From positions 1 to 57,987 of the forward strand of contig LWCA01000082.1 in NCBI GenBank assembly GCA_001642005.1: a DNA stretch of 57,987 nucleotides, read 5' to 3'. Source of the DNA: Intoshia linei. Lineage: Eukaryota > Animalia > Orthonectida. The notes below the pieces were generated by a model. The model did no database searches, was not told the DNA's origin, and saw only the letters and a list, made by a program, of their open reading frames with translations. Made by a program: the position numbers and the translations under genes. This document shows positions 13,201 to 25,303 of the stretch, piece by piece. Position 1 is the stretch's first letter; each line of letters opens with the position of its first letter.

Positions 13201-16200
13201 GTATATGCAAGTAAACCATTGTGTAACATAAATTGTAGAAAAAAATATACACAGTTCTCTAATTCCTGTTGAAATTTCGTTATCCACTTGAAATTGTTTC
13301 CTAAACATCCACATTTTAATGCAATATATGGCTTTACTCATTCATCTCGCGTAGTGAAAAGCATTTGGACGTTTGAACTGTTTCTTTATAATTCCATGAA
13401 ACATTAAAGATAGCTCTAATAATTACCCGTAATCATCACGAATATCCACATTATGTGAAATATATAATATATACATCTATATACAGTATGTACAGTAGCG
13501 ATGTTTTTCTACATGTATATAAAATGATTGTATTTCAATCAAAAAAAGATAATGTGCTCTAAAATTTTGAATAAACTTGAAAAGAAAAAAAAAATTACCA
13601 TTTTCCTATCGTTTTTAATCTACGTCAATTTGAAGTGTCTATATAACCGCTTATGATTAACGTAAATAAAAATGTAATTAAACGGTTATCATGAAAATAT
13701 ATTTTAAACGATTTAATAGTATATATATATGTTGACATCTAAAAACAACACGGACCAGTTTCTAAAACCGGACCACATTTCTTTCATTCATTTGAATTCA
13801 AAAAATTTTCTCATTAATATTATACGACAATATTTTAAAAAAAATTAAAACTGGACAATGTGAAAAATATTTTAAAAGATTCAATTTTAGAATACATCCA
13901 CGAATGCCCCATAAAAAGGTTTTAAAACAACTTGTTGTTTCAAAAAGTGTGAATACAACACATACAACATTTTTCGTGGTTGTATTTTTTATAATTGAAA
14001 ATATTTCATTATTTATTCACGTTAGTTTATGCTGTACTTAATTTCCGTATTATAACTAATTTCAATTTAGTTAACAACATGATATTTCAAGGTAATTTAA
14101 ATAAAAATTTTTGCAAATGATTATTATTACATAATATTAAATTTGGAATGTTTTAGTTTACAATATGGGTAATTTATTATTTTATAATATTGTACATAAT
14201 GAAAGTTTATTCCAGGTTAAAGGATAAAACATTTTAATTTTATTCATTTTCAGTCAATTTTAATTAAAATAATGGTTAATAATATCAAATATAATTATTA
14301 TAACGATTGATTAACATTGTAAATATATTATTTTAGAATCGAAAGGTAATTAATAGAATAATATCAATATTATTAAGTAAATTTAATTTAAATATAAAAT
14401 TTTGTAATTTTTAATGATATTTTAATTAATTAATAATAATAATAAATATATTATATCATTTTAGCACAATTTATCAGTAAGCTAAATTGATTAATTAATT
14501 TTTTGAATAATTAATAAATAAATTTTGTATTCTATAATTTAGATCCGCACTTTTTGACAAGTAAATCATTATTTCTATCATAGTAAATCAATTAATTTAT
14601 TTAGGACTTAATCAATTTAGTAATTTTTTCTTTTATTGATTAGTTCAATATTTCTTAAATATTCATAAATAAATACTTTTTCAATTGCTCGCAATTATCA
14701 TAAATTTAATGTTTTATGCCACTGCGCAATGTACACCACTGGTATGACACCAGTGGCAAAAATTCTATAATATTATTAAAATTCCGCAGATTCGTCATTT
14801 CTCATTAAAATTTTAGCTGTTGATATTTTTTTTCTATTATTCACATATGCCGGCGTATTATATACTAGTCCGTTTGGTGTACAATTTGAGAAGCACTGCA
14901 TTAACAAGTCCAAAACCAAAAACTTTATAAAAAGATAATTTATTAATCTAACTGTATATCAGAGCCATGTCAATGATACGGTTGGACCTTCAGTCGTAAG
15001 CGTAAGTTCAATGTCAAATTCAAAATGTAAATATAATGATTAGGTCAGGTTTCTCAAGAGGATAAAAAGAATTAAGAAAAAATACCCAAAAATGTGGCAA
15101 AGATATATTTATATATAAAACATAGAACAAAATAGAATTGTTATTTTTAGCGCTCTCTTCAACATACCCTGTAGAAACTACTTTTAGTTCAGCTGTAAAT
15201 ATATTCACAAAGAAGAGAAACTGATTAAATATTGTTAATCGAGGATTAAACCAATGATTAAATCTAACCAATTTGAAATCGGATATAAAAAAATTTCGAA
15301 TACTATGTAATTTAGGCTCTTGAAAAAATATCTAATGAATTTTAAATTGTGTTGGTTCAATTGTAATGTTCATCCATGGATACATATATACATTATTTTA
15401 TTGTATAGGGGGCGTTAATCTAAAAATGGTTGAGCACCCTTCTTTAGAGAATGGACGTCAATAGTAATGCAATGTAAACATCGTGTCATAGTCAGTATTT
15501 TAGATTTTAGTAACAAATTCAGGTATAGATGAATCCAATTTTTTTTTTTACCATAATCGGCATAATTTGAACCTGACACCGTACTGTATACAATTTCTCG
15601 AAAATTGTTTAGATTTTAGGTAGATTTTGTATATTGTCTACTAATTGGTGTTTAGTTTAATTTTTAAGATTTTGAACCTGTCAAACGAAATTAAATCGAA
15701 ATCCTGCAATTTTAATACAATCCCATCATTACTTCTAATAAAATAAAATTCAAAGTTTTCTTGTGTCGCCGTTAATAGTTAACCGTTAATAGATTGTTAC
15801 AAAGGAAAGGGACTCATGATGCAATGACAAACATACTTAAGGGTTATTGGCCACATAAACGCGAATTGTCGAAATGTGCGGGCTCTGGTGTTTCTTTGAT
15901 TGAAATGATTATTTTTATTAAACTTTTTTAGAATCTGGTGATTTTATCAACTTTAAACGAATACAATATTTAAAATGTTTATATTTACATTATTTTAGAA
16001 CGCATGTTGGCTTATTCATGTATATTTATTTATAATCAAAATAACCGGAATTTAGCCGAGAAATTATATATTACATCTTTTCGAATAACCAACATTTATT
16101 TCATAGACCCTCAACTACTAAATACTTTAACTGAAAAGGAAAATTGACTTTAGTCAACCCTCATTCTCTTGAGTTCAAATTTAATTTAAGATCTTTGTAA

Positions 16201-16744
16201 TTGGTGTGGGATAATGAGTAAAAATAAAAATTATTTTAAATTTTGACCTTGACGGAGTAGTCTGTTAGTACGAGAAATAAAAGTTTACAAACCGAAAATA
16301 GGTAAATTATGTTTTACCGAATATGTAGTATATATAGTGAATATAGAATTTACTATATCACATCTATACATAATATCACATAGAAGTAGAATAGTGGGAT
16401 ATATCTATTTTATCGAATATTAATGATTAATTCTTTTTGTAGCTAGAATTATGGGAATGGGTGGAAATACAATGGGAGGTAGTCCATATAATAATGCACA
16501 AATGCCAGGTATGATGCCTCAAATGCCAGGTATGATGCCTCAAATGCCAGGTATGATGCCTCAAATGCCAGGTACGATGCCTCAAATACCGGGAATAATA
16601 CCTGAAGGACCAGATATGATCAATCCGAGGATAAAAGCACCAATCAATAAAGCATCATCTGCAGATTTGCCCAGCCCGGAAGTCGTAGCTGCAGTAGAAA
16701 ACAATAAGGACACGAAAGGTAAATTTGAAATAAAAATAAACTAA
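10264..16744 (+). CDS. Putative micro-exon gene encoding a secreted Met/Pro/Gln-rich repeat protein
   Basis: Exon 10263-10300 (MLGYFLTFSFLL, signal-like). Phase-1 symmetric micro-exons follow: 10867-10869, 11055-11063, 11147-11155, 11216-11239, 11314-11319, 12069-12086, 12350-12361, 14071-14091, 14157-14168, 14337-14345, 14465-14476, 14543-14560, 14605-14619, (15511-15522), (15932-15937), 15999-16019, (16191-16196). Terminal exon 16443-16744 is entered in the correct phase. Protein: MLGYFLTFSFLLFFCSYVERQLKFMMKNPNFILTPYSFLINNMIFQVYNMESKAQFINPHFLTRLNQFKRMLAYSSRIMGMGGNTMGGSPYNNA(QMPGMMP)n... Confidence 0.7.
10420..10720 (-). mobile_element. Inverted partial copy of the Helitron-like interspersed repeat (see 49587-50400)
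   Basis: Reverse complement matches 50040-50345, e.g. GTTGATAATATATTAAAAATTATTTTT and TATTTATATCAACTGGAATAAGCT. Confidence 0.7.
11460..11693. mobile_element. hAT-type MITE
   Basis: CAGTGTTTCT...AGAAACACTG terminal inverted repeats with degenerate 8-bp flanks AATTATAC/GATTAGAC. Confidence 0.6.
12450..13445 (-). pseudogene. Degenerate intron-containing transposase (hATm-like) inside a micro-exon gene intron
   Basis: Motifs RDDYG*LLELSL, PNAFHYAR*MSKAIYCIK, HLWYLSGSLVLLALFS and LK|VVNDISERVVALI...QVVEEHRK, with stops and frameshifts. A 63-nt GT-AG intron lies at 12746-12808. The terminus TAGGGTG at 12450 is like that of the 1926-2982 element. Family assignment is from recalled motifs. Confidence 0.7.
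16499..16603 (+). repeat. 21-bp coding tandem repeat (QMPGMMP x5)
   Basis: CAAATGCCAGGTATGATGCCT: three perfect copies plus two degenerate ones (QMPGTMP, QIPGIIP). Confidence 0.95.
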
Positions 16745-16836
16745 AAATAAACTAAAAATAACGCAGAATAAAGAAAAAACGAATAAAGAATTTCTTAATT
16801 TATTAGCTGAAAAATATATTAATTAAATGTTAACAT

Positions 16837-17106
16837 TTATCCAGATTTGAACAAAAGAATTGCAACTTGGCCAAGATAAAAATAAATGAAATTTTTTGCT
16901 TCGTGAGTACAATAACTTCCAAAATTTCTTCCAACAACGCAATGCCATGTAGGATTGTATTTTTTGTCAAATTCTCGTTTAATATAAGTTGCGATATCTT
17001 TTTCAACGTTAAATTTTTCTAAGGCAGTTGTAGCTACTTCAACCACTTCTTGTTGCATATCCTCTGGCATATCCACATTTTTAAAAATTACATGTCTTTC
17101 AGCCAT
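16837..17106 (-). CDS. DYNLL: Dynein light chain LC8
   Basis: 89 aa with [35 protein letters not shown]...[14 protein letters not shown]. Likely 36-nt 5'UTR intron at 17108-17143. Confidence 0.98.
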   Translation of the reverse strand: MAERHVIFKNVDMPEDMQQEVVEVATTALEKFNVEKDIATYIKREFDKKYNPTWHCVVGRNFGSYCTHEAKNFIYFYLGQVAILLFKSG

Positions 17107-18010
17107 ACTAAATTAACATATAAACGGTAAATAATTAATTTACTTAATTTTTTAAATTGTTGAAATGATTTTAGTTAATTTACGTTACAGACAATATTAA
17201 ACGTGCTATGGTTATAAATAAATACTACTGATATTTTTATAGCAACGCAGTATCCAACTCTCCATTCCACCGAGACCATTGTTACACAATTGTTGTTAAA
17301 AACAAAAATTTCATAATTTTACCTATACTATAGCGTTGTTTAAAATTGATGTTTGTATTTTTAAGCCAAATTTGTTTATGTAGTGAGAAGTATATGGCAA
17401 CGATTAATTAAAATAATCGTGTTTCTTATGATTAAATTTAAATTTAAAGTTAAGATTAAAATTCACATTTTGACAGTCAAAACGTTTGATTCGTTATTTT
17501 TAATAATTTCGTTTGAATGTTACATTATTTTTTTGTTCCTAGATCAGTGCATTGCATGGACACAACTTATTAAAATATACAAAAATTTAAGTTTTTGTAA
17601 AACAAATTTAGAAAAATACGGAAATAAAATTAAATTTAACCATTTTTTGTTAATTACTTAATTGATAAGCATATTATCGATAACGTGTTTATTTCGACAT
17701 GGTAATTTCTATTGAAAAATATACATTATCTACCTGGGTACTTTTTGAAAAATCGCAAGATTTAAAATAAATGTGATACCCTACTGTGCATTGCAAATTT
17801 TTTTTGAAAAATTTGAGCTAATCACTTCATTTATGGGATGAAGCATTTTGTGTTTTAGATTAGATTCCATGACAGAATGAAATTTTTGAATACAGTGTGC
17901 AATGAATAATTAGCAAAACTTAAAAATATCTTAGCACAGGTTGACAATCATTGATATTTCCCTCAGTATGGTGGGACACAAAAAGTGTACATCAAAAATA
18001 CTCCCTACCT

Positions 18011-18236
18011 CAGTGTTTCTCAACCTTTTTTCGATTGGGCACACTAGCAAATACCAGAATAGTAAACATTTTATAATTTTTAAGTGCTTACTGAAAACAT
18101 TTACTGTAGTTATAAAGTCTTGCAAGGAAAGGTGTAAATTTAACAAAAAAGTATCTTCGGTACCAAAAAAAATCTGAATGACTTCTGTGAAATGGTATAT
18201 AATTTTTCGATGAGGCGTACCAGTTGGAAAACACTA
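18011..18236. mobile_element. hAT-type MITE
   Basis: CAGTGTTTCTCAACC...GTTGGAAAACACTA, with 8-bp TSD CCCTACCT/CCCTATCT. Confidence 0.75.
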
Positions 18237-19764
18237 CCCTATCTCCTAATGCAGCGTTCGGCAAACTTATTTCTAACGCGGGCCACATTGATCATGTCAC
18301 GAGCCGCACAAATTTCGTGAATACACATGAAACAATTTAAATTGATGAAATTCTATTTTGGCTTGTAAATATTAAAGTGTCAAAATTCCATTTGAATAAT
18401 TAACAATTTTTATTTTTAGAGTGCATTTTAATTATTAATTGTGTTTATTATTAAGTTTCAAAATTGTACGTATTTATAATTATATTTATGCAAACAATAA
18501 AAGAAAATTTGATCAAATTTGAACAAAAATTAGCCTATTATTGATAAATAATACTTTTAATCTATTTCGTAAATTGCTAAAATTTTGGAAAAATATTTAA
18601 TTTACATTTAATTTTTGATATTATCAATCAAAAAAATTAATTTTCGTATCATTTTTCTTAGTTTAATTCAATTAAAAATAATCAATTTTTTTATTCAATA
18701 ATGGTTGAGGCAGGAACATTTAATCTAATGTGTAAAAGCTGAAATATTCTTCTTTACAAAAATATATTTTATTGACCAAACAGAATGTTGATACAGTGTC
18801 ATATTTGAAAAAACATTATGCAATAGTAATATCTAATGGAATACCAAAGATATTTTATGACATAGCATAAAATTTGTACTCCACATTAGCTTAATATAGT
18901 TCGGCAAACTTTTTGTTTTCGGGTAACATCGCGGTATGGAAATGCAAAAATTTGAAAATGTTCATTGTGCTCTCAATGTCACCTTAACTCTTAAAAAATC
19001 CTAGGGTATCGCCTCTAAAGTTTTTATCAATGTATCTTCTAACAGAGTTTTAAATCCTTTTTTAATATTTTTTTCTATATTTTGTATTATAATACATAAT
19101 TATGCAACCCAATCTTTCCCGTACATAGAGTACTTTTGCATTTCTCAAAAAGGTGCCAAAATTTTCATCCTGACCCTCAGGTGGATCATTGAAAGAGTGT
19201 AGTTTTCTGTTATAGTGTGCATGTTTTGATTTATCTTACAAAGTATATCATACATGTATAATGAATTGTAATTCATTAATAATACTTAATCATAATAATT
19301 CATAATTACACATTTCATTACATTTATTTTTTTCCGATTCCAAGTCATTCGTCAACCAATCGTCCAAGACTAAATAATTATTTGATACTGTGATCTTATG
19401 CATAATATATCATATGTATATCAAATTCAATAATTTCCATCTATTATGATATCTGATCATTCATCAGTAATCACCAACCTTTGATTAGAGATTGAAACCA
19501 AATCGCTTTGACTTGTTTGATTAGGATCCCCGATACAATCTACTGAAATTATGGTTCCAAATAAATTAATTATCGGTAAAAGATTTGCGAACCACTGATG
19601 AATTATGATCGATTTTACAATATTCATGATAATGGATATGTAATAAACTATAATTTATATTAACATTTAATGACATATATAACAATTATCGATAAAAAGT
19701 GAAATAATTTAATGAAAGTAAATATTAGATCACAGCTTGTATATAATATATATGGCATGAGATT

Positions 19765-22700
19765 TTAAAATTGGGTATCGATGTTAAATTTATTATTAGA
19801 ACATTTATCCTTACATTCATCATCGTTGCATATTTCAACATGAGCCCATGGATCTAATTTACGTTGATCAAATGAAGACAAACTGAGTAATTTATTCATC
19901 AATTGTCCAGTACTATGAATACCATCATTAATAACATTAGCAACATCACTAATACTATTTCTAACACTATTGATCAAAGGTTTTTTGACATTATTTACAA
20001 TATTTTTGCAAAATTGTCCAAAAATATGAAATTTAGATTCATCAGATTCCTTTACCACTTCAAGTCGTTTAACGTTAGAATAATTTTTACCAAAACCAGA
20101 CTTTTGATATCCAATAAGTGATTCTTTAAAAAAGGTATTCTGAGTCTCTTCAACCCACTGTGTAAACTTCCTGTAAATGTTTCGATTAAATTTCCTCTCA
20201 TCGTGAATTACCGATATAGACATTTCAAAATATTGCTTAAAAATTTCAGTAAATTTGTTAGTTATTTTATCAAACATGGATAACCGGAAAAAAAATTCAT
20301 CGTTATCAGTTTCCAGCGATTCGTTTGTTAGTTTCTTTTCAACATTAAGTAAAATCTGGTGATATAAACTACTCAACGGTTCAACCCTACCAGTTTCGGG
20401 CTCAGAAATAATATTTTCAACACTTGCCAACTTTGAAAAAGAATTTGGCAATGATTTGGGATGTCTAGATTCTTCTAGAGCGGATTTTAAATAATTATTT
20501 TCCATAGTTAGCTTTTTAATGTTCATTTTAAAATTATTGGATTCAATGACTGCAGATTGAAACAATATACTCAATTTAGCTATTCGTTCAGTAGCCTTTT
20601 TCATTTCTTTTTTATGAATTGCCATATTTATAGCATTCAAATCATCCAAGTAAATTCGAGAAATTGAATTGGAAGAATTGTCAAAAAAACTCCAGAATAT
20701 ACTGAAAGTTAAGAAAAAAGCCAATAGAGACAAACAATAAATTGGAGCTTTAGGAATTTTGGTTAAATTAATTTTCCCATCAGATTTAAAATTATTTATC
20801 ACTTTTCCTAATAACGATTTTACAGTGTTGAAACGACGTACAACCACATTATTGTCTTGTATGAGTTTATCAAAACGTTTTGTTATTAGAGACACTTCAG
20901 TGCAAAATTTTTCACCCTTTTTTAATTCATTGAATATACTTGAATCTACAAATTCATATTCGTCTTCAGTACTTCTCACACTATTGTGGTCCAAATTTTC
21001 GAAATTTGAAAGTTCCGTAATTTTACTGCACTTTTTCATAAACACTACATTGCTATTTGGCAAATTAAAATCAAAAGTTCCAAAATCGTTTCTTAAAATG
21101 TTTATGCAACTGTTTACCATTCTTGGGTCATTGTTTAAATTGTTCATCATGTCAAAACTATCAAGTTCTACTACTCTGTTGAATTTTTTTATATGCATAT
21201 ATTTTTGCATATTTAGTAATTGAGAAACTCGGGATTTATGCTTTTCATCTATAATTAATATTAATAGTACACTTTTATTTACTTACCTTTTATATTAAAC
21301 ACATTTTTACGGTTTTGTGAGGTTAAGTCTTCTTCAGAATCTTTCCATTCGATCAAATCACTATTCAGCGATTCACTACTAGATTTACAATATTAATTAA
21401 TTTTAAAACCCTACTAAACGCGTATCTAACTAACTCAGGTACACATGAAAGAATACATATTTTAAATGGCATTGATTATAATGATCCATACGCGTGATAT
21501 GTCGTCAATATAATTTCAAATATATTTTGTCAATGTTTACCAAGTTAGTGGGTTACACCCGACATAGACCACCGGGTTACCATCGCCTTAAGAATTGAAC
21601 CACCAAGCTCGAGGCCACCGAAAATCAAACTAGGCCCTTTAAAATAATTTTATATTCGATACGCAGAGTTAAATAGCCTCTATCCATTATGGTCTCGGTA
21701 CGGTAGGTTCGGAATTGGTTGTCGTAGTATAATATATTCAATATAAAAAAAAATAATTAATTTTTAAGATTTTTTGAAATAGTTATTTGCATCATTTTCG
21801 CTATACATGTTCAAAATATATACATAAACATACACAAATACATACATGTATTGTATATTAAACAAATTTTAATAACTTTACATTTTTTAATATTTATTTC
21901 TAAGCATATATTTTGGGGATTTTTTGTAAAATAACATAAAGTAATACTAACTAAAGATGTCATAATTTTTCGTTAAATAAGGATAGTATTAATATTGGCT
22001 ACATTAAAAACTGGCTACAATTTAAAAGTAGACATACAATTAAACTTGTGCAAACTTTAACCCAGATTTCATTTGATTGTTATTAACAAAACCCATCAAA
22101 TAAATAATAATATATCAGAATGAAAAGAATGTGTAATATCGATCATCAACCTTGGAACAATTCCAAATATTTATTTTAAAATTACAATGTAAATGCGTAC
22201 TGTTATTAGTTAGTATATGTTTAGTTAAAAATATTAATGCAATTTATCAAATAATTCGACAAGCTGTTTGTCGCAAACAAAAAAATTTTAAAAATTTGTG
22301 GTACAGATGTTTCAAACACCAATACTTAAAAAATAAACAACAAGCAAAACCACACATCCATACTTATAAGATTATTACAATAAACTACGATTATTATGAA
22401 TCATTTACGAATAGAAATTATGATGATGTTTCTGTAAAGAAATAAAAAAACTAATCTATTGGAAATAATATTCGAAAATTTACAATAATATTTGCTAATC
22501 ATGGTTATACATCAAAAAACAAATATAAAATAAAACAAATTATAAAATATTCAAACTAATAAAAAATATAATTCATCTGTCATCTGTAATAGAATATATT
22601 TCCTGTTTTGAAATCCAAACAGATAAAAATATTGGAAAATTAAAATAAAGTAAATTAAAATTAAATTTGAAAATCGATAGATACAAAATTATCACAGGAA

Positions 22701-23693
22701 ATGATAAATAAAAACTTAAATTTAAATTAAAATGATAATAAAAAAATATTTTACTAAAATGTAAAATATGTACATCATTATGCAGCTAATTAAATCGGGG
22801 TCATTATCTATTTACATTTCTCATTGTTTTCTTTATAGTTAAAAAAGTCTAAATTGAATGGTTCTAATGGTAATTTTTGTATAAGTGGGTGGATGTAAGA
22901 GTATATCAAATGTAGTGATGAAACTATGAGAATCTGCAGTATGTATCAAAATTTACTCAAAACGTAAATGCAAAGAAATTCAATATGGTAAGGTGATGTA
23001 AAAATAATAAAATTATATAATTAGTTGAAAAAAATCGTATAGGGTGCAATGATCATTAATTTAAATTTACTTCACATCTTTAAGTAATTATAGTAGGTGT
23101 TCTACACGCCAAATTAATATATCAAGTCAATATTTACAAATTTGTTAAATTTCAAAAATTGCTTAAATTCTATGTGTTCAACTGTAAACTTAGATACTAC
23201 CTGTAGACCAAAATTTTTTTGTTTTCCATTATTATAAATATACCACAAACCAACGAATTAAGGTAACCTAGGTATAAACCGTTAAATCTTAAATACTAAC
23301 AAAGTCCGCAACCCTAAAGGTCCGGCCATCGAAATGTGGTCCCAAAATTTCGTGATACAGTATTTAAACATGTAAAAATATGCTCAAGTCCCTAGATACC
23401 ATACACCTTTGGAAACGCAGCACCCTATTATACAATAAAATAAACATAAAACTTAAAAAAAACGAAAATAATACCTAACAAAATTTTCATAGCATTTCTT
23501 TTGTACAAGATAATTATTGTTAGTATTGGCAAAACCTAAAAAAATTAAAAAATATAAAATCACTTAAAAAGACCATTATTAGGAAAATGTTGTGTCTAAA
23601 ATAATGTAATTTAAAAATTAAAACAAAAATTTTAAAATAAAAAACCTCAACATCACTTAGATATTCCCATCCATCATCTTCCGAATTGCTCAT
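19765..23693 (-). CDS. CCPG1/PBXIP1-like single-pass membrane protein (N-terminal LIR, TM helix, coiled coil)
   Basis: Exons 23693-23646 (MSNSEDDGWEYLSDVE), 23595-23574, 23535-23475, 21378 or 21375-21287, and 21248-19765 join in frame. TM segment IYCLSLLAFFLTFSIFWSFF is followed by a heptad-like region. Linking the first three exons across the 2.1-kb intron is inferred from phase compatibility. Confidence 0.55.
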
Positions 23694-24663
23694 TCTATAC
23701 AGTGAATATAAATGAAAATTATTAAGGTTGTTTACTTTTAAATTGTATTTTGTAATAGTAACTGAAAACTCAATAAATACTAAATTTAAATTTACAATTT
23801 TATGTGAAATTGAAAGTTGCTTAAAAGTCGCCAATCATTACAATTGAAACTTTTTGACAAAATTTATAGTAATTTGAAGGGAACATGGAAAATACGTATT
23901 ACCTTTAACAAAGTTATAACGCGAGTTGAATTACAGAAAATGTTTAAATGTGTTCCAAATATCTCAATATAAGAGTGTATCAGATATATAGGTCAATATT
24001 ACATATTCCATAGTGAATATATTGCGTATATATCTAAACTCATTTTTGTATTCAATTTTAATTAAATTTAGATTAGTTCTCATTTTCTTTTTATTGCATT
24101 ATATTGATCTATTCATTATATTTATGACATAAACATAGATACAACTTTCATTTATTTCATTTTGTTCCTGTTGTATTAATGTTTAACATGTATTAACATT
24201 ATTTCTGTAAGCTATTAGTCAATTTATAAATATTTTAAATTGCTTATTTTTTGTCATGTTTATTTAAAGTTAGTGTATTATTAACACCAAAACCAAAAAA
24301 TTTTGAAAAAATAAATTTTTAAGTGTGCCGCGAAGCAATATTTTGAGAAACACTATATAATACATAATGTATATATTTTATATTCTAAATCAATTGTGAA
24401 GACATTTTGAATATATAAGATTTGCGAGTTTTTCGTATTTTTGACTCATTCTCTATTTTTCGCCGGATTTTTTTTAGCTTAATGTATTCGAAATGTAAAA
24501 TTATATCTATATTGTCATTAATGTGACAATAAAAGCAAGAAATAAACCAAAATTGAACGTCTACTTTGACTCTAAATTTATACTACTTAGCGACCTCAAG
24601 AAATTATATGAGGAATCACATTCTGAGAATCTAATATCGTTTGGTCAGACATTTTTTTAAAAG

Positions 24664-25059
24664 TGGTCAAACCCTATTATATGAGTTTGAGGTTGTATAA
24701 ATCGAAAGAGAACTTGCCGAAAGTGTCTCTTTTGATGTAGTTGTTGAATAATTTAGTAGAATGAAAACTAGAAAGAAAAATAAATTATTATAGATAAATA
24801 CATTTATGAAAGAGATATACAATATAAAACTTCAAATTTAAATACATTACATGTTATCTTTAATTATATTAGAGTTTAGCCACCTAATAATTATTTCCCC
24901 CCTGGCTGAAAATTCTAGATCCGCCACTGGTATGATATCTTCAAGGGATGAAATATTGTGTACATAAGGAACAATATCGTTAAAATCCAATAACATTACC
25001 GACCGGTCGATCCAACTTAAATAAATTTGAAAATACAATACATGTATTCACTTATACAT
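24664..25059 (-). CDS. Small spliced hypothetical protein, divergent from BI-1
   Basis: AG|C-ATG at 25059, a 36-nt intron, then the open exon (N)WIDRSVMLLDFNDIVPYVH...IIKDN and a further AG-bounded exon near 24767. No family recognised; the 3' end is uncertain. Confidence 0.35.
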
Positions 25060-25303
25060 GCTAAAAAAAGGTCAAATATATAATGTAATATTATGAACAA
25101 ACAACCAATTATAATTATGTTTTGTTCATACTGAAATACAAATGTACAAATGAAAAAAATAGTCATAAATCAAAAACTGCTTTAAATTTTTAACAATCGC
25201 AATTAATTATTATAATACCTAGACATTAGTATCTACACCAATTCTATAGAAACTAAATCAATATATTTATCTGACGTGTTTGTAAAATTTATTTTAAAGT
25301 AAA

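Noticed and set aside
13891-13918. 28-nt AG/GT-bounded segment as a micro-exon
   Set aside because: Not a multiple of 3 and lies in probable repeat-derived sequence. Other non-3n candidates (5360, 6512, 8064, 9007, 14206) were also excluded, which is a source of selection bias.
17383-18288. Several 66-92 aa ORFs
   Set aside because: Low-complexity AT-rich or MITE-derived frames with no recognisable protein features.
18700-19250. Possible degraded hAT transposase on the minus strand
   Set aside because: Only faint motif resemblance with many stops; cannot be supported without a search.
19903-21223. Plus-strand ORFs 19903-20121 and 20759-21223
   Set aside because: Antisense shadows of the long minus-strand exon. 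The same applies to 28843, 34581, 35082 and 43474.
23305-23320. AACCCTAA as a telomerase RNA template
   Set aside because: Too short, expected by chance, and no supporting structure seen.
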